From positions 19,220,001-19,284,000 of the forward strand of contig CM060734.1 of NCBI GenBank assembly GCA_030704615.1: 64,000 nucleotides of DNA, given 5' to 3'. Positions 33,340 through 45,515 of this stretch are shown here, one piece after another. Source of the stretch: Takakia lepidozioides (Eukaryota > Plantae > Bryophyta). Both the position numbers and the translations under genes were made by a program. A model generated the notes under the pieces. It was not told the DNA's origin. It did no database searches and saw nothing but the letters and a program-made list of their open reading frames with translations. The first letter of the stretch is position 1. Each line of letters starts with the position of its first letter.

Positions 33340-36107
33340 TGAGGAGGAAAGTGACTTCCAGACCTCCATACTGGGAAGGTGGCATTCAAATTGAATCAAG
33401 CAACTTGGGGAAGCGTTGAATGCTCCTTAAATGGAGGGTTTTCGTGCAAGATAAAGTTGCAATTGGTGAGGCATCCAGGCCATGCAGAACAACAACACCG
33501 GCGATTGAATTATGTAGTCAAAGAGTCAGTTTTGTATCCTTCTCAAATACGCCATGGATGGCCATCTCAATCATAATTAGAAGACCAGTTGAGGATTTTT
33601 GTTAAGTCAGTGCTTGTAAGACCTGACCAAAATGCCAGCTAGAACAGTCATGGAATTATCATCACAGTGCAATGGGTTCTGTGGTCTGACCTCCTGTAGC
33701 ACAAGCCCGGACAGTTATTGGACAGCTATTCAACAGCAAAACAATTTTTTGGAAGTGGCAGTATGCATTTGAATAGAGATATTTTATGGATTTATCATTT
33801 TGAACTTGGTCAGTTTTTGACAATTCATTGCTTCCTTCCACAACTCCTTGATTAGCATTTGCTGTAAAATCTTATGGGTGACACGGAGAATGTTCTCATC
33901 CATTAGGTCTACAGGTGAGACTGACGAAGTCATGTACCCTCTGCATACAGAGCACCAACCTCGGTGGTTGCTCTGTGCATAGTAGTCATCACCCTTGTTG
34001 GACACCTACATGTCGGTGTGTGCTCCGGTTCAGCGGTGTTCAGTCCGGAGGTGCATCCAGGCTTTTGGGATGTGCTACTCCAGGTAAGTATGACAATGAC
34101 AATCTGATATCTCTTCTGGGTTCTCACAGTCTGCTACGAATGGGAAGATAAAGGCAAGAAAATGATGGCAGCGATGATTGCTATGCTTGCATCCCTAAGA
34201 AGACCATGGGCTATCTATATATATGGAATGGAAGGGGGGTCCACAGGAATGTAAGTACAGGGGGTTTTGGAAGGTGAGCAGCTTGTCCAGCCCTTCCTCT
34301 GGGGTCCACTATCCCATATGGTTGGGACATGGTGGGCACGTGGGCGACTCTGAGGGTTTATATAGAATATACACCACCAAGCAGGTTTGGGGATTGAGGC
34401 CGCATTCCCCTAGTTTGATGAGCCGGCTTTCCGTCGAAAATAAGCCGCGTTGTAGGTGTGGCAAGAGTGGCAGAAGTGTAAACAGACACTGCAAGAAAGG
34501 GCAGTGAGAAGGGCAGACATTCTTCCTGCGGGCCCTTGGCAACAGCATTCCTCTGGACCTTTGATTCTTCCCATCTCTCTTTCCCCATTCCCTGGGACGT
34601 TTAGTTATTCTGGGGCCTGAAGAGAGTAGAGGCTGAGGTTACAATTTGTGTTGCCTCATCCGTTTGCTTCTTCACTGCTCACAAGCTGTTGGCATTCCCA
34701 TTCCAGGTTTTTACATCGTCTTACCTGCATTGGCCTACGGAGCTTTCGTCTTCACGGTGTCTGGTCCCTCTTTCCCACAATTCTTTGTCTATGTCGCCTT
34801 CATTCCTTTTCCCCAGGAGTTTCATACTATATTCTTCTGGGCTGGGTTAATTTTCTTCTTACAGCCTCCGTTCACATAAAGGTTGTTGGCCTGCCTTGTT
34901 AGACAATCCATTTTCAAAAGATCGTACTGGGAGATATTCTTTCGTCTGTGTCTGTGCATTCTCCTTCCGTATGTCCCTCTTACCACAGCATCCTCGTCCA
35001 TTCTAACTCAGGGAGAATGCGTGTCAAATCTTAAGACCTTGGGGCTGCTGGAGGAAACTCATTTTCTTCTCCAGAGTTCCACAGCAGGAACTTGTTGCTG
35101 CGTTGACAAGTCGACTGAGTGGGGAGGGAGGAGTTGGCTAACAGAGGGATACCTCAGGTCTAAGTCCTTATTGATTGAACGTCTAAAAAACTTCTCTCCC
35201 AAGGAGAATTTTTTGTGTATATGTGATTTTTCTAATTTCTAATCTCCGCTGTGGGTATGGTTTCATGTTGGCTGGCCTGGGGATTGTATGTGAAAGCATT
35301 GCTATGTTCTCACGCAACATCATATATCAGTAAGGTAGTTTTGTAGCTGGAGCAACGTGGACGCTTCATGGCTTATATGGAAGGGGGTTAATTTTCCCCC
35401 TCCTCTATAAAGGGCCTGAATTGTGAGTTGTCGCCCCTTTTAAGGGGAAAAAAAAGAGAGCAAAGAAATCTCTATCACTGACTGCGCTTCATCTACAGAA
35501 CTAACAATTTGGCAGTGCGTGGCATGGGAGATGCATGGAGCTGTTGATGTGGAGGTACTTCGAAGTCAACGTGATGTCGTAAAGTGTGGTACATGCTTCC
35601 TTCCAAACATTCAACTCTTCCTCCCATTTTGCCTTGTCATCAGCGCTCTGGTCGATGTGCTCCCTGCAGTTTCCGAGCTCACATTCGGCAAAGGTATCAC
35701 ACCTCCGCTGCCTGCATCCGTTGTCAATATCTGCATTGTCCTCCACTGCAAAGCCATTGCTGCATCCTCCTCTAATATGTCACCTTCCGCGCTCATGTGC
35801 GTCACCATCCCGTCATCCACGTAATAAGTAGGCCCGCCTTCACACAAACTGCTACACAAAGTGTCTGTTCACGATCGATTGTAAGCGGCAGCGTCCCTTG
35901 TGCTTCGCAAGTGTGCTCAATAGACAAGTTGAACAAATCGGTAGAAACGGAGTTGCTGTGTTATCATTCCATATCTCTTACATTTTCGCTAATCCCGAGC
36001 TGATCCGCAACAGATGTAGAGTACATGTTTGGCTTTCCAGAATTGGGGTACTTACGACCCCTTCCATATGTAGCGTTTCTCCACGTACAGCTTGTTTTTA
36101 ATACATA

Positions 36108-36635
36108 CTAGGGTAGCCTATGCTGTTGGCCCAAGCGTCCAATGTCATCTATGTCCAAGTGCAATCCCCTATGTATCCAGAGACCCCACTGTTTGGGAGA
36201 TCTAGGGTAGCCTGTGCCAGTGGCCTATGTGTGAAGAATCGAAATCTAAGCCCCCCACTGTATCCAAGTGCGTGTCCCATATAAAGGCCCAGGTGCGACC
36301 TCCAGTGTCCAATGTCACCAATGTCACCTAAGTCCAAGTGCAATCCCAAAACCCACTTTGCTATTTTTCGCGAATTTCCAGCGACCAAAAGTACTTGCGA
36401 TTCCAAATCTCCCACGTGAAGGGCCAATCATTGCTCCAGAAAAGCCCACTTTGCTATTTTTCCCGAATTTCCAGCGACCAAAAGTACTTGAAATTCCACA
36501 TCTCCCACACACCGCAGGTCCAAAATCATGAGACCAAGCCCGTGCACCCCTTCTCGTCGAGGGCAAAACAAAACAAAACACCCCTTCTCGTCGAGGGAAA
36601 ACAAAACAAAACAAGCGTCTCGCTTCATATATTGA
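36108..36635 (-). mobile_element. Non-autonomous Helitron-like element
   Basis: Minus strand reads A|TC...CTAG|T with an imperfect subterminal hairpin and a (GTTTT)n tract near the 5' end; related copy at 44209-45030. Confidence 0.75.
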
Positions 36636-37316
36636 TTGGGCTGTGTGCGACTAGGCCCAACAAAAATGACATGTCTATATACCGTGGGAAGAAACTTATT
36701 TACTCAAAAGAATTTCGATTTCGTGAGAATATTTACAATATATTCTACATTTTGTAGAATATATTCTGTGTTAAGATTTGACCAGTGTTGGACTGGTATA
36801 TAGGTGAAGGACTGGTATATGCATTGGTATTATATACCAGACCAGTCTGGTATCATTTTGGAGAATACTTGGTCATATACTAGACCAGGCTGGTATCCGT
36901 TTTTTCGTACCAGCCACAGTAACAGTACTCTCCTGCCTGTCTTCCTAGGGAGTCAGTGGGGGGGGGGAGAGCCCGGGAGTGTTCAAGACCGGATTAGGCT
37001 GATCAGGTTCACACTATGAACTGTTGGGAAGGAGATGTGGAGACGAGGAAACGAGAGGTCTAAGAGAGACGAAGGGACGGTTAAACAGTCTCTTACTCTC
37101 TCAATCTCTCACCACAAACTGCGGAGCTACATCACACACCCCTCCCATCAATTTTTCCTTATATTTATCTGGCGGCCCTTCATTTGTCTTTTGGTACACA
37201 TGGTCATAAATGTAAATACATATATGTGCTCAGCAGCGCAGGTCACACTAGTCACAAATGATATCACCACATTATGACTTTGATTGTAAAATATAATGAT
37301 CCCTTGCTAGTTCTAT

Positions 37317-37468
37317 GAGTGAGATGATGGCAAAGGCCCAGTGGAAAATACCAGGGTGACTTGATCAGCTAGAGAAGTATCCTGGGCGAGTGAGACAATG
37401 GCAAAGGCCCAGTGGAAAATACCAGGGTGACTTGATCAGCTAGAGAAGTATCCCGGGCGAGTGAGACA
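37317..37468. repeat. 71-bp tandem duplication (2.1 copies)
   Basis: Units start at 37317, 37388 and 37459. Confidence 0.95.
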
Positions 37469-39615
37469 GTTGGACACATGAAATATTGCTTCAGTGTGAT
37501 GTTGCCCTGCACACGATCTTGGGGGGGCACCTACCCTATGGTAGATTTGTAGACAGCAGAGCTGGCCAAGGGACTACAATACAATGAGAGTAAGAGTGAG
37601 TCTGGTTGAGGAAAGGCGTCCAAAACTGCAGAAAGATCTGCCTCTTGACAAGGGTAAACTGGATCTGTGATTTGACTGAGTGCGGCTGGTATGTTGGAGG
37701 CAGGAGCAAACAGAAGAGCAAGAAATCTTGAAATTGACAGCCAGCTAGTCAGTTCGAGTGACATACCGGTGTATTGCTGTAGCAAGTCCGAAGCAAAGGC
37801 ATTTAACATATGGGGCAATCTATTAGAATACTGCTGTATGTGCAATAATCCTCCGACATTGTCCAGCATCCTGGAGCCATTCTTCACATACCAAAGGCCT
37901 CATGCAAAAGTCTTTGATGGACAGAGCTACTCACTATGAAAATTCTGCACTGCACCTTATTGCTGGACAGTGGCAGAAGTTCCGGACCTTCAAAGTCACA
38001 TGGCGTACATTGCTGTTGTTGTTCCCAAGCAAGAGAGTCAAATCCAAGTGACTGATATATGGCTTGCAGGGTGCTGGATAGGAAATCCCTTTCACTTATG
38101 AGCACGTTTGTGCATGATTCTGAATGAAAGACCAAATTCAGCTTCATGCCACTGCATTTACCATGCAGAGGTACTGTCCTGAACCAGATGTATCAAAAGT
38201 GAGTGCATAAATACCTACAACTGAGGCCTCTTCAAAATCATAATCTAATCCACATCTGCTCTTAAGCTTTCAGCCTGAAAAAAATGATGTTTCATCTCAA
38301 GCACTGAAACATTTCTAGCATACACTATACTCAGGCCACCTGAGAGCACTTTTTAGCCTGTTGGAGCCAGTCATCTGGGCAGATGCTTTGGCTAACCTCC
38401 TCTGAAGTGCAAACCGCACATCATGTGCTGGCCATCTAGCGAGACAAATTTTTTGTTTATGCCAGCCTGCTTCCCCTGCTGCCGCCCCTTGACTACCCTT
38501 GGCTTCGGAGCACTTGAAGCTGCAGAAAGGTGATAGCATTACAAAAGTGAGTATAGAATGAGGTCCAGCTTGGTTACATACTCAAAATCATTACTGGAGG
38601 GGTTTAGCTGTGGGGCTTGGGGCTCCTAGGCACAGAGTAAGACATTCATGCCATCCCACGCTTTGCTCTACAGCTATTCAGGAAAGACATCTAGTAAGGC
38701 CATTCCATTGTTCGGAAATGTCCTTCAGATATAATAAACTCTGGAGCTAACTGTGGACATACCTTGTAGCCTCTGCTTGTAATCATGACAGGTGTGCTTG
38801 CTGGGAGTTGATCTAGCCAAACATTGGGGTCTCCCATTTGCACAACCAGCATTCGGCTTTCGCCACTGACAGGTAACTGACGTGCCAACTCTACTTGAAG
38901 GAATGGGATGTTTCGAGCCCACCACCTTTGAAAGCGAACACTGCAATGACAATTGTTCACTACCTTCTGTCCCATCCTGCCAATCTTGCCTGAAATTTTT
39001 TCGCCTTCGACTTTGGACCCTTTCTGACCTCTTTCCCTTGATCCCCACTCTACCCTTTCCAGCAGTCTCCAGCATAGTCATTTCCCCCTGCCTGTATTGA
39101 ACACTTAATATCTGAGATGGGTTGGGTGCTGATGATATACATGGCCTAAGCGAACAGGAAAATTAACGACTGATTCAGCTGCCCAGAACTCCCGTGTATC
39201 TGTGGTTGTCCTCCCCATCTTTTCAAACCCAAGAAAGCTGCAGGCTAAGGCGTCCACAGAGCAGAAACTAACGGGAAGGGACTCGTTCCTATGCTTGCCA
39301 GTTCCCATCCCCTTCACTAATAGGCTATTTGGATGCAGTAGCTGGGACTCATAAGCCCAGCATTTGGCTCCTGCCATAGCCATGGTTGTCCGCTGCCTTT
39401 TGAAAGCTCTTCTGGCTGTGTCATGCTCTACTTCTACCGACATGTCCAGACATATTTTCTTCTCCTCGGTAGAAAGTCCCCCTCTTTTTTTGTAGTGCTG
39501 TGCTGCACTGAATGGGGATCCCAAGTACTCTAACTCATTCCTTGCTGTACTTTCGGGTGATTCAGGACAGCTCTTGATTGCAGTATGGAGAGCTGCCCTT
39601 GGTCTTACTCCTGAC

Positions 39616-42600
39616 TTATGGGAAGAAACTCCTGTCTCTGGTGCGTTTCCTGCACCTCTTGTTCTCCTCAAACACAAGAGTGGTGCAAGCACCTTTTTGA
39701 AGTTCCACTATGTCAGAGATCATGGCAGTTACATTTGGCAGAAGTGAGCCAGCTCCACAGTTTCCCATGGCATGATAATACCTAGCTGATGCTGGTCCAT
39801 CTAGAAAGAGAGTGGATCTCTGAGGATGCTGAACTCTGCCATGAGAAAGTGGAATCAGTAATTGAGCCTGATTTCCAGGGGGAAAAGACTCTGGCTCACC
39901 ACCAGATACAGCCTCTTCCGTGGAACATTGCACGGGTTTAAATACTCTGGCCTTCATCTTCCATCTGCTCTGTCGATTTGTTGCCCACTCTCCTCCAGGC
40001 CTGTATGTGATTGACTTACTGCCCACAGCAAACCCCGGTGTAGCAGAGACTGAGAAAGCTCTCATTTTTGTCCTCGTGCCTTGTGTCCTGCATATGTGCT
40101 GTTCTTCCATCTTTGCTACAGGAAGTGGAAACTGCAAATCAGTCCACACTTGCTCTGCCTTAATTACAAACAAAGGCATATGGTTTGGGACTAGAAAATG
40201 AGCAGTGGGGTCCAAGGATTGCTTGGTGGCCCCTTGACAAAGCACAAGGCTAGAAGCAAGACCACCCTCTCTAATGTCAGGCAGTTGGACCTTAAAAGGC
40301 ATACAGGTAGGCATTGTACTAAAGACAAAGCTGCTGTCATTTAGTGTCCCAGATTGCTTGGACACCCCTACCCAAGGCAGCAGAACATCGGACCCTGCAG
40401 GCTTCACAGACATGCCTGCAGAGTGCCTTCCAATCACAGAGTACTTCCTGTCCGACATGAGTTCCCCAACTTCAGAGTGATGGTGGCTTACAGGTTGTAC
40501 CAAACCTCGAGAAGTCTGGATAGTCAAGTCATCATGCGTATTATGGTCTGATTCGATCAACATCTCTTCTCTCTCTTTCATTGGTCCCCCCACTGTCACC
40601 TGCATTACATCATGTTTTAGAAAAGTTTTTTGAACCACTCCGTGCGGGATTCAAATACCACCCCCGAGATTTTTAAACCTCATCTCATAGAAACCATTGT
40701 GAGAGTTCCATTTCTGTCACTGGCACATGTAGCAGCAGCAAAGGCAGGAACAAATGGCTGAGAGAATGGGCTGTGACCCGACACTCATACAAGCCAGTAT
40801 CAGTGATAGGGCCTTGGCTCATGATCCCAAACAAAAAACAACTGCAGACATACTAACATTGCCTATTACCAAAAGTGCTTAAGACAAAGAACCAACAACA
40901 ACACAAAGGCAGCTAGCATAAGCTCCTGTGGCAAGAGAGAGATGAGAGCGTAAGACCATTTCTAAATCCACCAAAGAGAGATTGTTGTTCACATAATGTA
41001 GTTCTAAAATGTTACATTGCTGCTACTTACCAGGCACGGCAATGAACTGTTGCCAGATACAGAAATATTGGCATCCCCCCCAGCTGAGTTTACTTGAACT
41101 TGAGAGCCGTCAGCCTGAAGGGTAGGCAGCCTGCTAAACTTGCTAAGCTTCCCTATTTCTGAGTCATCCTTTCCCAATTTCAAACAGGGAGACTGGTTTG
41201 TGTTCCATGATTGCTCTGACTTTCGCTTCTTCCTGCCTTTATCAAAATGTGACTCCACAGAGCGCTGGCTCTGTGAGATGCCATCAGGTTGGACTTCAGC
41301 ATCCTCCTCATTTTCACAATTCCGAGCAGAACCCCCTTCTTCCACTTCTGGGGGGTCAAGAAGGCTGGGATCTGAGGTCACTAGATTAAGCACTTCACTC
41401 ACTGAATCATAATAGTGGACCCCCTTGACTGACGAGCCCTTTGAGAAGCCCTGCACACTTGGACACACAAACACCAGTAAGCTCTTCGGCCGAAATGAGC
41501 TCCGGCTCCCAATTTCCTCAGAATGCCACTTCCTGGCTAATAGGCGTGGCCACACAGCTTCCCAAAACAAATCATTAGCACGAGCTTTGCTGATGCGAAA
41601 GTCTCCAGTGAGGAATTTCACAAGCTCCTCCTTGGATAAGGTGGAGCAAGCCTTCCCAACAGGAATTTCTGTCCTCCCCCCAGCCCCGTGGCCACCCCGC
41701 GAAGGGTCTACATGGACAGATGTTAGGTCCATCTTGGGTGCACCTATCCCCACACACTCCACCAGGAGCTCCAATCCTGCTACAGCCTTGAGTTGCGCCA
41801 CAAAGTCCTCTAGTGGGACCTCCCCATTGTTGAATGCATTTATAGCCTGCCAACAAAAGCCATGGCAAACCCCCACTTTCAAAACCCAGATGATGTAGGT
41901 GCTGTCAACAAACTGCTTCTTGAGCAGCTAGTAGTGCTGAGGCATGTTATGAATTGTGATCTTTGTCAATGCAATTACTTTTGGTCACTTCAACTCGAAT
42001 TACAGACATGATTGCTTCAGCTAAGCAAGCCTGAAGGTTTGGTTTCCCCAATGAAGTGCTTCACATCACTGGGTTCCCCTGGAAGCCCCAAACACATACA
42101 ATGTTGCACAATGAAGTCGAATGTTTCTTACCACCAGAAGTTGGGGCCTTGCGGACTCTGGTAGTCTAGAAAGCATCCGCACCAACAGCTCCTGCTGCCG
42201 CCAACTAGACAAAATACGTGCCCCATGAACACTCCGCCTGCTCTGAGAATTTTTGGAGGATGACCACCTCAGATATGTAGAGGTTCCATAAAATTGGCCA
42301 TAGTAATAATGCAATATGTCCTTCATCTCCTTGTCTCCTACAAATCTTTTTACAACAGATAAATCTTTGCCAAACAGATGAAGCCCTAGTACAAATGCAG
42401 CCACTTCTTTGTCAGTCCATGAGGCAGGTCGGCCGCCAGGCACAGTCCAGCTGTGAGCACCTGTTCCTCCCTGTTGCCATGCCTCATCAAATTCCATATG
42501 CTGCCTAATTGAGTGTGCCCCTCTGCTACCTTTGCGGCCCTTTTCTACTTGCATTCTCTTTGTCACTTTCCCCACTCGCGCCCATCGATTTCCTCTCCTC

Positions 42601-43226
42601 TTTCTGTTCCTACCTCCACGAATTCCATCACCTAGTGACATACCTTTACAGCCTTTAACGTCCAATTCGGTAAATCTAACACTCATTGAGGTGGGCAGTT
42701 TGATTTCTGGACTTTCCAAAGCAAGGCTTGTATCAAATGAACTTCCTGATGGCTGTCTATCTAAGTCTAAACCGTCTCTATTTGGCACCTGCGGACCCCA
42801 CTCAGATTCGCTGAGGTCCTTTACAACCTCAGTCGAGATCATGGAATTGTCCACAGGCTTTAATTCCTCCTCCCGGCCCAATCTAGAATCCACTTCTTCC
42901 CGCTTGGTTCTCTCTCGAGGAGGCTCCCCACCGAGCTGTCGCTTTGTTGAAGCCAAAAATGAAAGGCGAGGAATGCACATCACGGGCACCACTGGTAGGC
43001 CATTCGCATACAGTCGCTCCATATCTACATCTACGATTTCCCTGCGAAATTGTTGCCTGTAATCAGAATGCCTGGTCTGACAATTATATCCTGGAGTCCC
43101 TGTGAAAGAAGGAACAGTTGCCTGATGCTTACGTCCGATCTGAGGCCATACGCGTGGACAGCCAGACATCACCGCTGAGCTGGATGAACCCCAGTGCGAA
43201 CGACCCTTTGGGAAAACGGTCTCCAT
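39616..43226 (-). CDS. Plant SANT-domain protein (ELM2-like motif, SANT, conserved FWEAVWPRLL domain). Exons: 43226-42132, 41846-41031, 40599-39616. C-terminus possibly frameshifted.
   Basis: IGRKHQATVP; WTDKEVAAFVLGLHLFGKDL..YYYGQFY; LTGDFRISKARANDLFWEAVWPRLLARKWHSE; GT-AG introns in phase. Confidence 0.85.
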
Positions 43227-44208
43227 GTTGTGTCTTCCCGGTCAGGCCTGGCGCACCAGGTCCCTACCTTCGTCCTTATGCATTGAATCCATTCTTAGTT
43301 TACTGCTCCAAAGCTATACAAGTTCGCAATTATCACCAGATTTTGAGGGATATCGCTCTAAGTTTCCATGCGAGCGATCTAAGCTCCCAACCCCATTGCT
43401 AGAGCCGAATTTAATGAGGCATCTATCGTTCCAACCTCAATCCAGGTGTTGTTGACTGTTTCACGTTTCACTCACGTCTCTAACATTATACATGTACTTC
43501 GAAAAACCCCTTCAACGTGCAGATAATTGCTTCTAGTGTGGGACCCCAAAACAGTTTTGTGCGCGGAGACTGTGATGGCGCGATTGAGCTCCTTCCAGCA
43601 CATCCTGGGCAATGCGGGGTGTGGAATTGCGCTTCCACTTGGGAAATGCAAAGATCCCTCTGGGAGCTATATGAGCCTTGAGCCACAGCTGCTGGTCCAG
43701 ATCCCAACACAGATTGTCAGCTGACGTTCACACCACTCCGCGTTTCCCACAGACGTCACCACCACTGACTCCGCTCCTGAATTTCTTTGCAGTAGCCAAA
43801 AACCTCAGACTCAATTCTCGCAAACGACAATTCACAGATCCCTACTTTCTCTACATCCAAATCCACGAACCCATCTCCTAAAATCCTACAACCACCACGC
43901 CACCTCTCACACAAACAGAAACAAACCTCCCAGCTCCTCCCCCGCAATCCACGATCCCCTCCAGCAGAACCCACGATCCTGATCACCACATCCCTCCTCC
44001 GTCACTCTACCGATTGCCAACCCCCAAGCACGAGGAGCCCAGCCGCCAGAGGTCAGACATGCCACAGACATGCAGCCGTCATAAAGTTGTAGGAAACCGA
44101 GGGGGCCAGGCCGGCCATCCCCGCTGTCATTTATGCTGGTATGTATCCTATACTAATTTATGTGCACATATGCGTACATATTTGTACTTATGTATAGTTA
44201 TTGCTTTA

Positions 44209-45030
44209 CTAGGGTAGCCTGTGCCGTTGGCCCAAGTGTCCAAGTGCAATCCTGTATGTATCCAAGTGGGCTCCTGTGTCCATGCCCAAATGCGACCTCT
44301 AGGGTAGCATGTGCCGTTGGCCCAAGTGTCCAGTGTCATCCAAGTCCAAGTGCAATCTCCTATGTCGAGGCCCAAATGCAACCTCTAGGTAGCCTGTGCC
44401 CTTGGCCCAAGTGTCATCTAAGTCCAAGTGCAATCCCCTATGTATCTAGAGACCCTCATGTTTGGGAGATCTAGGCCTAGGGTAGCATGCGCCATTGGCC
44501 CATGTGTTAATAATTGAAATCTAAGTCCAAGTGCAATCCCCTATGTATTAAGTAGCGTCTTCTATGTCCATGTGCGAAGAATTGAAATCTAAGCCCAAGT
44601 GCAATTTCTTATGTATCCAAGTGGGTCTTCTATGTCGAGGCCCAAGTCTATTCATGCATTCAAGTGCATCTCCCATGTACATGCCCAAGTGTCTAGTGTC
44701 ATCTAAGTCCAAGTGCAATCCCATATCTCATCATTTTTTTTATTTTCAAAGTGCCTACAACCAGATTTGAACAGGAGACCTTTCCCTTGTGTCTCTCCTG
44801 TCGAGGCTCAACCATTCTCCTAGGAATGCCCACTTTGCCATTTTTTCTATTTTTTGTGAATTTCCAGCGACCAAAAGTACTTGGAATTCCACATCTCCCA
44901 CACCGTAGGTCCAAAAATCATGAGACCATGCACCCCGTCGAGGGCTTTCCAACGGTACCAAGCATCAGGGCTAGGGCCTTGCGGTTTGGGACATCTCAGC
45001 GTGACAAAACAAAACAAATGTCTTGCTTGA
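44209..45030 (-). mobile_element. Non-autonomous Helitron-like element with reiterated 3' ends
   Basis: ctagggtagc.tgtgcc module repeated at ~44209, 44299, 44385 and 44477; same 5' end as the 36108-36635 copy apart from a short deletion. Confidence 0.75.
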
Positions 45031-45515
45031 TGGGTTGTATTTGTTTTCAGTTGATACTTTGCTATTTGATAAACTTGTACTTCAAAGATGGCTTTGGAAT
45101 GATACCAGAATTGATATCTCACACCAGCTGGTATTGTGGTCATGATACTCATAGCAGTACCTGACATCCACCATTATATAGACCAGACTCGTATGAAAGT
45201 TTTGTGACACGCCTAGTACCAGGACCAGACTGGTATGTCCTAAACCTGATACCAGAACAGCACTGGATTTGACTCTCTTTTTTCACATATTTGGGTTTGT
45301 TGGGCATGCTGTTTGATTGGTGCGCAGGGTCATGTACAATCTGCTGAGAATGCTATGTATGTATCGAAGGCACCATCACTTAAGAAAGGAAGTTTCGTAA
45401 AAGGGATTCAGTGTATTCCAGTTTTTGAAGATTCACCGTCTTTACATCAAGAGGAAAATCATGAGCTAACAAGCTACGAAAATCAAGACAGGGTCCACCA
45501 AATCTGGATGCAAAA

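Larger units (their letters stand above)
36783..45265. mobile_element. Non-autonomous hAT-type element enclosing a host gene (Pack-type)
   Basis: TIRs cagtgttggactggtat / ataccagaacagcactg (14/17 match); 8-bp TSD gatttgac at 36775-36782 and 45266-45273; subterminal ctggtat/ataccag motifs in both arms. Confidence 0.82.

Noticed and set aside
35501-36050. Cluster of short overlapping ORFs
   Set aside because: No recognisable domain or consistent exon structure
36920-45030. Helitron read-through as the mechanism capturing the SANT gene
   Set aside because: The Helitron has its own CTAG end at 44209, and hAT-arm-like sequence occurs on both sides of it
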